Shown here piece after piece: positions 53,498-64,000 of a stretch of 64,000 bases of DNA (its first letter is position 1; the number at the start of each line of letters is the position of its first letter). Under the pieces are notes generated by a model that was not told the DNA's origin, made no database searches, and worked only from the letters and a program-made list of their open reading frames with translations. Source of the DNA: Octopus vulgaris (lineage: Eukaryota); the NCBI GenBank assembly GCA_951406725.2, contig OX597823.1, positions 81,592,001-81,656,000 of the forward strand, in the 5' to 3' direction. The translations under genes and the position numbers were made by a program.

Positions 53498-53500
<3 letters not shown>
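53306..53500. mobile_element. (TA)n-flanked fold-back element with a near-perfect 60-bp-arm palindrome
   Basis: 53376-53434 pairs with 53439-53499 except for a 2-nt indel; loop CTTC. Confidence 0.85.
53433..53483 (+). ncRNA. Type I hammerhead ribozyme
   Basis: agcttc-CTGAAGA-tttc-tctt-gaat-GAAA-cag-tactagtc-ctg-TA-gaagct: 6-bp stem I, stem III cag/ctg, GUA triplet; stem II is closed by a U-U pair. Confidence 0.75.
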
Positions 53501-53549
<49 letters not shown>

Positions 53550-53812
53550 TACATACATACATACATACATATATATATATGTATGTTAAGGAAATATACA
53601 CACACATGTCTATGTATGCATATATTTTGTTTATTTCCGTAAACCTGCCTTCGTCTTTTGTCTATTTTCATAAAGCTTCCCGTTATATATATATATATAT
53701 ATGTACATATATATTGTTCCATCCATGTCAGCATGGAAGGTGGACATTAAAGAATGATGATGATGATACACACACATTCATTATACACACATATTTTTTA
53801 TATATATATGTA

Positions 53813-53886
<74 letters not shown>

Positions 53887-54202
53887 CACACACACACATA
53901 CATATGTATACACACACATGCATACACACAGACACACACATACACACACATGCACACACACATACACACAGAGATATATATATGTATGCATATATCATAT
54001 AATTGTTAAATGATGACGCTGATGATTATGTTGACGATGATATATACATACATACATACACACATATGCATGTGTGTATATATCACCATCGTCATCATCA
54101 TCATCATCATTTAACAATTACTTTGAATGATAATGATGTGCAACTAAGTATGCCTACATTAGTGTATGTGTATGTGTGTGAGTGCGCATGTGCATGTGCA
54201 TG

Positions 54203-54235
<33 letters not shown>

Positions 54236-54277
54236 ACACAGGTATATATATATATATATATATGCATACATATACAG

Positions 54278-54371
54278 AATAAAAATGATGTCCAGGAAGT
54301 CAGAAAACTATTTAAAGAATATATTTTTCTTAATGTGGAAATTGTTGCCAATGCTAACCAGTTTCCAAATG
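54278..54371 (+). CDS. Candidate host-gene exon (NKNDVQEVRKLFKEYIFLNVEIVANANQFPN)
   Basis: CAG acceptor with weak pyrimidine tract, G|GTTAGC donor; phase 0 start is compatible with 50371-50513. Confidence 0.35.
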
Positions 54372-54699
54372 GTTAGCACAAGCTAAAAGAGAGACACATA
54401 AAAACCGCCATTTACAATATTACTACTTCAAGCCATGCATCAAATATCTGAATTTCAAATTTGTCCAGTCTATGCTTCAGTGGCTCTGTATCCTGATTCC
54501 CATGGTAGAGACAAGTCTGCAGAACAACAGATTACCAAATATCTCTTAATATATATATATAAATATGTATAAACTTTTGTGTTTTATTATGGAAGTATAT
54601 GAACGTATGCATGTTTGTGTGCACCTGTATGTATTTGTGATTGTATGTGTGTGTGCATGTGCGTATACATACACACATACATGTATACATATATGTACA

Positions 54700-54754
<55 letters not shown>

Positions 54755-54810
54755 TTATTTGTCTCTCTCTGACCACCTACCCACCTACCTACCTGTTTAT
54801 CTGCCTTTCA

Positions 54811-54860
<50 letters not shown>

Positions 54861-54916
54861 TTATTTGTCTCTCTCTGACCACCTACCCACCTACCTACCT
54901 GTTTATCTGCCTTTCA

Positions 54917-54988
<72 letters not shown>

Positions 54989-55014
54989 GTCTGTCTGTCT
55001 ATCTATCTCTCTAT

Positions 55015-55110
<96 letters not shown>

Positions 55111-55170
55111 TTATCTGTCTGTCTGTCTGTCTGACTGCCTGTCTGTCTGCCTGTCTATCTGTTTGTCTGT
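54700..55170. repeat. (CTAT)n tract with an internal duplication of about 106 bp
   Basis: GTCTCTCTCTGACCACCTACCCACC at 54761 and 54867. Confidence 0.9.
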
Positions 55171-55579
55171 CTGTCTCCTCTCTCGCTCTCCCTCTCTCAC
55201 TTTTTCTCTCTCACTTTTTCTCTCCCCCCTCTCTATATATGTCTTATCTTTCATGTATCTTCAATTCGTTTCAGTCATTAGACTGCAGCCATGCTGGAGC
55301 AATGCTGTGAAGAAGTTTTTAGTTGAACAATTTAACCACAGTACTTATTGTTTCTGCCTGGTACTTATTCCACCAGTCTCTTTTGCTGAACTGCCAAGAT
55401 ATGGGGACATAAACACACCAACAATGGTTGTCCAGCATTGGTTGTAGGCAAACACGGACACAAAGCCACACACACACACATAGAGTGTATGTTTGTGTGT
55501 GATTCCATGAAGTGTGACTGAACCTAGAACCATGTAGTTTGGAAGAATTGCAGCTTACCACACAACTATACCTATATAT

Positions 55580-56670
55580 ATCATCATCATCATCATTTAA
55601 TGTCCGTTTTCCATGCTGGCATGGGTTGGACGGTTTGACATGAAACTGGCCAGTTGGGTAGCTGTCCAGATTCCAATAGACTGTTGCAGCATGGTTTCTA
55701 CTGATGGATGCCCTTCTGAATGCCAACCCCTTTGCAGAGTGTGCTGGGTGCTTCTTACGCGACCCTGGCATTGGTGTGTTTATGCAGCCCTGGCACAAGT
55801 GCATTTTATGTGGCACCGGCACATGTAAAGCCTGTATGTATGGATAACAGTGATGTTACTTAGTTTGATATGTCTTCTCAAGTACAGCAAATCACCACAT
55901 CTCCTGGTCCCTTGTCATTTACTCAGTGAAGCCCAGCATCCAAAGATCCTTTCTCATCACTTCATTCCATGTCTTCTAAGGTACCCTCCACAATTAGAGC
56001 TCAGCATTTCTTATTTCTTTACTACCTACAAGGGGCTAAACACAGAGGGGACAAACAAGGACAGACAAAATGATTAAGTCGATTACATCGACCCCAGTGC
56101 ATAACTAGTACTTTATTTATCAACTCTGAAAGGATGAAAGGCAAAGTCGACCTCGGCTGAATTTGAACTCAGAACGTAGCGGCAGACGAAATACCGCTAA
56201 GCATTTCACCTGGCTTGCTAACATTTCTGCCAGTTCACCGCCGTATTTCTTTCAGCAGCATTTCTTTTAAGCAGCTGCCCTCATCCGTATGCATCACATG
56301 ACCAAACAAGTGTGGTCTTCTCCCTTGCACTCACCATCTGATGCCTTTTATACCCAGTTTTCCTCTTAAAACATTTACACTCTGTCCTGCATGCAGACTG
56401 ACATTACCTATCCAGTGGGGCATTACTTTCAAGCCTTTCCAAGTCCTCTATAATCAAAGCCCATGATTCACTGCCATGTAACATAGCTGAACATACACAG
56501 GCATTATACAATCTGCTTTTCACTCTGAGGGAGAGGCCCTTAGTTACCAACATAGGCGGAAGCACTCTGAACTTTGACAGCCCGTTCTCATTCTAGCAAC
56601 TACACTTTCAGAACTTCCTTCTCCACTGCTAACTCGGTCTCTGAGATAACAGAAGCTATCTACTACTTTT
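55580..56670 (-). mobile_element. Decayed RTE 3' fragment interrupted by SINE A (56013-56242)
   Basis: Reverse-strand similarity to 28970-29500 and the RTE tail; duplication CAGCATTTCTT at 56002 and 56256. Confidence 0.8.
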
Positions 56671-56832
56671 AATGATTTCCTCTGATTATTTGAGGGAGTC
56701 TACTGTCTACACATTTTTTGTGCTTATTGTACCTGCACATTTGCCACACACAAAGACTCTTTACTCCTGCAATACCCCTTATATATACATATATATAAAG
56801 CTTATATATACATATATGTCTGTGTCTGTAAA

Positions 56833-57895
56833 TCATCATCATCATCGTCATCGTCGTTTAACATCTGCTTTCCATGCAGGCATGGATTGGACGGTTTGAC
56901 TGAGGGCTGGTGAGCCAAAAGGCTGCACCAGGCTCCAATCTGTGGCAAGAGTTTCTACAGTTGGATGCCCTTCCTAATGCCAACCACTCCGAGAGTGTAG
57001 TAGGTGCTTTTTACGTGCCACCAGCATGAGGACCAGTCAGGCGGTACTAGCATTGACCACACTCAAATGAAGCTTTTTATGTGCCGCCAGCACAGGAGCC
57101 AGTCAGGCAGTACCGGCAATGACCATGCTCGAATGGTGCTTTTAATGTGCTACTGGCACAGGTGCCAATCAGGCAGTGCTATCATCGGCCACAACAACAA
57201 TTTCACTTACCTCAACAGGTCTTTGCAAGCACATCATTGCCTAACGATTGAAGGGTACTCTTAAATGGGCTGTTTATGCTGCACTGGCATAGGCCATGGT
57301 TATGCTCTCACTTGGCTTACTGGCATTTCTCAAGCACAGCATATCTCCAAAGGTTTTGGTCACTTGTCATTGCTTTGGTGAGGCCCAATGTTTGAAGGTT
57401 GTGCTTCACCACCCCATCTCAAGTCTTCCCGGGTCTACCTCTTCCACAGGTTCCCTCTACTGCAAGGGGGTGACACTTTTTCACACAGCTGTTCTCATCC
57501 ACTTGCAACACATTACCATACCAGCATAGTCATCTCTTTTGAACACCACATCTGATGCTTCTTAAGTCCACATCTTTTCTCAGGGTGTTTAACTCTGCCG
57601 TGTATGCACACTGACATTTCACATCCAGTGGAGTATACTGACTTCATTCCTTGCAAGCTTACGCATGTCCTCAGCAGTCACTGCCCATGTTTCACTGCCA
57701 TGTAGCATGGTTGTTCATACACATATGTCATACAGTCTACTTTTTACTCTGAGCAAGAGGCCCTTTGTCACCAGCAGAGGTAAGAGCTCTCTGAACTTTG
57801 TCCAGGCTATTCTTGTTCTAGCAGCTACACTTTCAGAGCATCCACCCCTGCTACTGACTTGATCCCCTAGGTAATGGAAGCTATCAACTACTTGT
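56833..57895 (-). mobile_element. RTE 3' fragment (same family as 28152-30137)
   Basis: Reverse complement of about 28965-30135. Confidence 0.9.
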
Positions 57896-57905
57896 AGGTG
57901 GAGAT

Positions 57906-58260
57906 TTCAAGGCTGGAATCTCCACTTCTGAATTTTGCAAACCATCTTCTGCAAGTTCTTTCATTCAAGCATTCTTTCCCATAAACTGAGTGTATGTTTC
58001 AAGTTGTTTTGGCTGCAGAGTTTCCTTTTTCGTACTCATAAAGCATTATGTGCCTCAAATGCTCTTTGGATACCTCCATGTTAGAAAAGGTTTTAATCAA
58101 AGAAATTTTAATTCTATTATTCTGTAGAAAAATATTTTATTAGTTTAAATGTACACAAACGCATAAAAATATTTTTTAATTCCATTAGACATTCTAAAAT
58201 ACTATTAAATTTCATTCAATTTAAAAAAAGATAAAATTGGACAGAATTTATGGGATAACT

Positions 58261-58263
<3 letters not shown>
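57906..58263 (-). mobile_element. Mariner transposon 5' end with N-terminal HTH pseudogene
   Basis: From 58079 the minus strand encodes MEVSKEHLRHIMLYEYEKGNSAAKTT*NIHSVYGKECLNERTCRRWFAKFRSGDSSLE; TIR-like TCAAGTTATCCCATAAATTCTGTCC next to (TA)n. Confidence 0.9.
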
Positions 58264-58303
<40 letters not shown>

Positions 58304-58454
58304 TACATGTATATAGTTATATAATACATACATACATATACACATACATAATAAATATATACATACATACATTTATATAAGGGAGTATAACACTCCCCTG
58401 ACAACCAAAAAAATATATATAATATTTATATAATATATATATATAAATATATTC

Positions 58455-58485
<31 letters not shown>

Positions 58486-59735
58486 AATAATGTATTTATA
58501 TGATATATTGTTATATAATATATAATACATATTTATATATTCTATAATATATTTATATAATACATATATAATATCTATCATCATCATCATCATCATCGTT
58601 TAGCGTCCGCTTTCCATGCTAGCATGGGTTGGACGGTTCTACTGGGGTCTGTGAAGCCAGAAGGCTTCATCAGGCCCAGTCAAATCTGGCAGTGTTTCTA
58701 CGGCTGGATGCCCTTCCTAACGCCAACCACTCCGTGAGTGTAGTGGGTGCTTTTTACGTGCCACCTGCACAGGTGCCAGACAGAGCTGACAGCCAGACAG
58801 ACAAATATATAATATATTTGATGACGATGATGATATATTTATATAATTGGTTGTTTAAATAAGTCCTTAGATGTTACTGTCATTTCACTTGGAGAATAAT
58901 ACTTACCTAAGGTAACAAATATGTAAAGTTATGGCTTATTTTCAAGGAATAAGTTTTGGTAAAACACTTCACCCTATATTTAAGAATAAGAAGCATCCAA
59001 TGTCTGAATGTTTCTTCACTGTTTTGATGAATGCTGTCAATTGCAATATCTCTGATCAACAATAAAGATCAACAGGTGATTAGGTCTATTGAGTCCATTT
59101 AGAGTGTGGTGGAGAGTTGCGACTATAAAAGAGTCAACAGATGAAGTGAAAGAGCTATAACTGGCAATGAAAAAACTGCAGACACAATAAGCAGGAAGGT
59201 CAGTCTCTTTGGAATTGTGTTTGCTTTTCAGGCAGACATGCACATGACACATATATGTGTATATATTGTTCATAATTATATAAGTATATAGGTGTGTGTA
59301 AACACATATATACATTGATAGATATTTATATATAGATATGGTTGTGTGGTTGAGTAGTTTGCTTCCTGACTGCATGGTTCTATCTACAGCCCCATTGCAT
59401 GGCACATTGGGGCAAGTGTTTTCAATTGCGGTCCCATGTCAACCAAGACCTTGTGAGTGGATTTAGTAGGTGAAAACTGAAAGAATCCTGTTATGTGTGT
59501 GTGTGTGTGTATACACATATATATTTTTTTATTCTTTTACTTGTTGACTGCAGCCATGCTGGAGCACCACCTTGAAAGGTTTTATTTGAACAAATGGACC
59601 TCAGGACTTATTTTTTAAAGCCTAGTGCTTATTCTATTGGTCTCTTTTGCTGAACTGTTAAGTAACAGTGACATAAACACAGCAACACCTGTTGTCAAGT
59701 GGTATGGAGGGACAAACACAAAGACTCACACAGAT

Positions 59736-59804
<69 letters not shown>

Positions 59805-60495
59805 CGATGGGCTTCTTTCAGTTTCTGTCTACCAAATCCACTTACAAGGCTTTGGTCAGCCTGAGGCTATAGTAGAAGGTATTTGCCCAAGGTGCCATGT
59901 AGTGGAACTGAACCTAGCAGCATGTGGTTGGGTAGCGAACTTCTTACCATATATTCACGCTTGCACCTATATATCATCTCTATTCTCATCATCATCATCG
60001 TTTAATGTCTACTTTCCATGCTGGCATGGGTTGGATGGTTTGATTGAGGATTAGCAAACCAGGAGGCTGCACCAGGCTCCAATCTGATCTGGCAAAGTTT
60101 CTACAGCTGGATGCCCTTCCTAATGCCAACCACTCTGAGAGTGTAGTAGGTGCTTTTTATGTGCCACTGGCATGGGAGCCAGTCAGACGAGATCAGGAGT
60201 CAAGTGAATCAAACACTTAAATGGTAAGGCATTGTGTCAGGTTGAAAAAGTAAAAGTGTACACATAAAAAATGGAACAATAAATATGTGGGTGCCGAAGT
60301 ATAAGTAGAAAGGCATGCAGGTTATGTATATGATTAACTGTAGCCAGCTGTGTATATCAACAGCCCTGAGGATAATCTAGAAATGCACCTTGTACTAAAT
60401 GTACAGTCCACAATATACTTCAGATCTATGCAAAGAGAAGGTTCTAAGAGAGGTGAATAATAAATAAATAAATAAATAACAACAGATGTGTCAAA

Positions 60496-60556
60496 TCACT
60501 ACAGCTGTTTCCAACGAATTTTTAATTGATTAATGGAAAGATTACATCATTAGAGA
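60496..60556 (-). ncRNA. Decayed hammerhead-like motif (GAAACAGCTGTA type)
   Basis: Minus strand CTAATGA...GAAA-cagctg-TA-gtga; core mutated, stems I and II poor. Confidence 0.25.
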
Positions 60557-61336
60557 AAAAACATTTTCATCAGATGAATACAGGGACCACAACATTCAAA
60601 AACCAATGTGCCAGAAGCCAATGGGATGAGCACCTCCATGATTCTCTGATAGTAGTTGGTCATAAAGTGGATGTTTTTAGTCAGTTTGATACCAAGAAAT
60701 GGTTTCTGTGCTTGCAAAGAAAACCATAACTTTTAAAATAAAATCATGGCTATGTTAATTATTGTTTAGTAACCAATATAAACCATCTGAGATTGCAATA
60801 TTTTCTAATTAGTTAACCACAATTATTGACATTTTAAAAGAAGTGAGCTTTGAAATGTCCTCCATATTTTTTTCTTTTCTAAAAGCGCTCTATAAAGTCA
60901 TGTTGTACTAAACGACATGTTGCATCGATCAGTTATATTCTATTAGCATTGTCATACAAGTATAATGACTGTAAAACACACATGCTCATGTATATATTAT
61001 GTATTTTATTTTGTTTTCACCGCATATACATTAAAGAATTAACACAATGGCAAAGATAACAGTCATTTTAACTGGTTTTCTACTTAATAAGTCACGAAAG
61101 CAGTCTGAATTTTTTTGCAGTGGTCTTTCTTTCTTTTCTAATGAATGTCACGAGTGGTTTTTCCAACAAATAATTCTCTTCTTTTGTTGCCCTTTTCATT
61201 ACATTTTCATGACATAAAACTTGGAACACACGCACATGTCTGTCTGTCTGTATGTATGTATAAACATACATATTTGTGTATATGTATTTATACACATATA
61301 GTATTTACATATATATCTGTCTGTCAGTCTGTCTCC

Positions 61337-61397
<61 letters not shown>

Positions 61398-61400
<3 letters not shown>

Positions 61401-61800
61401 TATATAAAATCCATTTTGTCTGTGTGTGTGTGTAGCTTCTAGGATCTCGGGCATCCTCCATCCGATTGTGCGCAAATTTGATATGTAGATGCCTATGGTA
61501 TAAGTCTTGAAAAAATTACAAAAATCGATTCCAGGTGAGAATGCGATCGATAAAGCCGTGGGAAATCGTTTTTCTTTGGAATAGAAAAAAGTCTATCATT
61601 ATTTCTTCTTTTGCTGGTGCCTCAAATTTAGGTTAATTCAGTGTTTCTCAAAGGGGAGACCTATGGGACAGTCGGACAAGTTGTTTTGAGAAAATTTGGT
61701 TTAAATGCTTGACAACTCAGCACCATTCATTGGACGGGGGTGGGGGCGTTTTGCTCGTATATATATCTCAAGTAGTATATTCTTGGTTATGGCACGTAAC
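61398..61800 (+). mobile_element. Possible non-autonomous Helitron-like element
   Basis: Starts TCTTATATAAAA followed by (TG)n and a CpG-rich CCGATT...AAATTTG segment; no clear 3' hairpin-CTAG end. Confidence 0.3.
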
Positions 61801-62094
61801 TGGTCAGGAACTTATAATTGGTTTTGCATCTGCTATTTCACTTGCTAATACTAACAACTAATCAGACTTGTTGGCCGGGAGCACATGACCTCTTTAATGT
61901 TAGGAGGGGTGTTTGGGGAACACACAGACTTGATCAGCATCATGGTGAAAAAAGTGAAATGAAAAGCCCTTTTCAGGGAGAGAAAGAAGAGTTGTCTTCA
62001 CTTGTACAATTACAGCTGTGACTGAAGGGAGTCATTTATGCCTGATTACATTTTCTGTTTTCTAGTCCAAAAAAAGGGAATAACACACTTTCAA

Positions 62095-62330
62095 AACAAA
62101 TTTTCTGTTGTGAGGGCATCAGCTTTGAGTTAATTTTGCACAGCATACCTTCCTCTTTTAATTGCCATATATAGCTGGCTAATGTTGTAATGTTGCACCT
62201 CTTTGAAGTTCTAAAAGAGGACCACAAGCTAAATAACCACAGGTCCTAAAAGAGTACTTGTGGTGATTTAGCTTGAGCTTAAAGGGGACCTCTGTCACTC
62301 CAATATATTTCTGTGTATACATTTCTTCAT
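62095..62330 (-). pseudogene. Penelope-like element GIY-YIG endonuclease relic
   Basis: KYIGVTEVPFKLKLNHHKYSFRT and, after a frame break, SKRCNITTLASYIWQLKEEG; matches the YIGxTxxxFKxRxxxHxxSF...TxLxxYIWxLK pattern. Confidence 0.8.
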
Positions 62331-62520
62331 TGCCGCTGCTGTTACTGAAGTTACACACACACACACACACACATGCATATACGCACATACTCCAGGAGTA
62401 ATCCGAAATCAAAGTTCATCACCAGTCAAATTTGTTGACCCATAGTTGCAATACCCAGTTGAGAATGTATGTTTTTACTGAGTGATGCATAACATAGACA
62501 GAAACAATGGATTATATACA

Positions 62521-62672
62521 TTTATTTATTTATTATAGCCTTACAGCTGTTTCAGATATGCATTTGGGTGCATTCATGCTTCAATTTTATCAATCAATGA
62601 CTTGATTAGGTTGAACTAATGAAAGCTCTCACGTGCATATCTGAACCAGCTGTAAGCCTATAATGAATAAAT
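62521..62672. mobile_element. Fold-back with hammerhead 3' half (GAAACAGCTGTAAG) in both arms
   Basis: ATTATAGCCTTACAGCTGTTTCAGATATGCA pairs with TGCATATCTGAACCAGCTGTAAGCCTATAAT; lies 5' of the GIY-YIG relic and next to (TA)n. Confidence 0.7.
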
Positions 62673-62695
62673 TTTTATAACTCATTGTTTCTCTC

Positions 62696-62697
62696 TA

Positions 62698-62786
<89 letters not shown>

Positions 62787-62788
62787 AC

Positions 62789-62827
<39 letters not shown>

Positions 62828-62897
62828 TTTATATGTATATATGTATATATGTATACATATATATATATACATATATACACACATACATATATACATG

Positions 62898-62988
<91 letters not shown>

Positions 62989-62998
62989 TGTGTGTGTA
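62696..62998. repeat. Compound (TA)n/(CA)n microsatellite
   Basis: Direct reading. Confidence 0.95.
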
Positions 62999-63661
62999 TT
63001 TTATTCCCATTCAAAAAGTTTTGAACTAATTATATTAATAGCTTTATTTCATCATTATAATCTAGACATTAACAACTATCCTGAGTATCATGGTAAATTT
63101 TAAAAAGAAATTCATGCAAATTTTCAGTTTTGCCTATTTATTAAATTCTCAGAATATTTCAGATTGATCTTCTTCATCTGTAAATCATAAACTTTCAACA
63201 TTATCAATTCCACAACTGAAATTTCTGCTGAAATAAACTGCTTCCTTTCAATTAATTTCAAAAATAATGAAAAATATAGTAAAATAACTTTGTTGTTATT
63301 TAGAAGGTGTTTGGAACATAAATTAACATGTAATTTAAATAGGAAGTTCAATTTAGATTACCATAAAACAGGAAGTCTGTACTATAAAACCAAAAGTGGT
63401 TTTGAGTACTTTCACATCAACACGGTTAATGAGCCAAAGCAATGCCTGTTGCTCTTTTTTCTCATAGATAGGCGCAGGAGTGGCTGTGTGGTGTGTGGTA
63501 AGTAGATTGCTTACCAACCACATGGTTCCAGGTTCATTCCCACTGTGTGGCACTTTGGGCAAGTGTCTTCTACTATATCCTCAGGCTGACCAAAGCCTTG
63601 TGAATGGATTTGGCTGATGGAAACTGAAAGAAGCCTGTCGTATATATGTATAAATATATAT

Positions 63662-63692
<31 letters not shown>

Positions 63693-64000
63693 CACACACA
63701 CACACATATATATATATGTGCCGGTGGCACATAAAAAGCACCCACTACACTCACGGAGTGGTTGGCGTTAGGAAGGGCATCCAGTTGTAGAAACACTGCC
63801 AGATCAAACTGGAACCTGGTGCAGCCTCCTGGCTTCCCAGACCCCAGTCAAATCGTCCAACCCATGCTAGCATGGAAAACGGACGTTAAACGATGATCAT
63901 GATGATGATGATGGGTGTGTGTATATGTTTGTGTGTCTGTGTTTGTCCCCCCAACATTGCTTGACAGCCAATGGTGTTGTGTTTACATCCCCGTAACTTA

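Noticed and set aside
59103-59198. Exon-like segment ending AAG|GTCAGT
   Set aside because: Stop codons in all three frames and a weak acceptor.
60365-60400. CTGAGGA...GAAA motif
   Set aside because: No valid UH cleavage site or stem I.

Overview
Eukaryotic, AT-rich, repeat-saturated DNA that is intronic or intergenic. The repeat landscape (tRNA-headed SINEs, RTE LINE 3' ends with (GAT)n tails, very dense di-, tri- and tetranucleotide microsatellites) resembles an octopus or other cephalopod genome; this is an inference. No intact long protein-coding gene is present, and nearly all listed ORFs are microsatellite or SINE read-throughs. Recognisable coding remnants are all from transposons: RTE LINEs (one with a PHD-like Cys/His insert), four R4/Dong-type restriction-like-endonuclease LINE ends sitting in (TAA)n tracts, a CR1/L2-type end, a DD37D (maT) element with TIRs, a mariner 5' end, a Tigger/pogo relic and a Penelope GIY-YIG relic. 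Three signals stand out. (1) A dispersed set of short, mostly (TA)n-embedded and often fold-back elements carrying type I hammerhead ribozyme motifs (best at 39226-39260 and 53433-53483, with a CUGUUGA core variant in two copies), consistent with Penelope pseudo-LTR or retrozyme-like elements. (2) A roughly 50-unit 27-bp minisatellite whose unit is a STAT (GAS) site overlapped by two NF-kB-like sites, with an inverted exon-like fragment captured inside it. (3) A tandemly duplicated 95-nt exon-like cassette plus a few other candidate plus-strand exons of an unidentified host gene.
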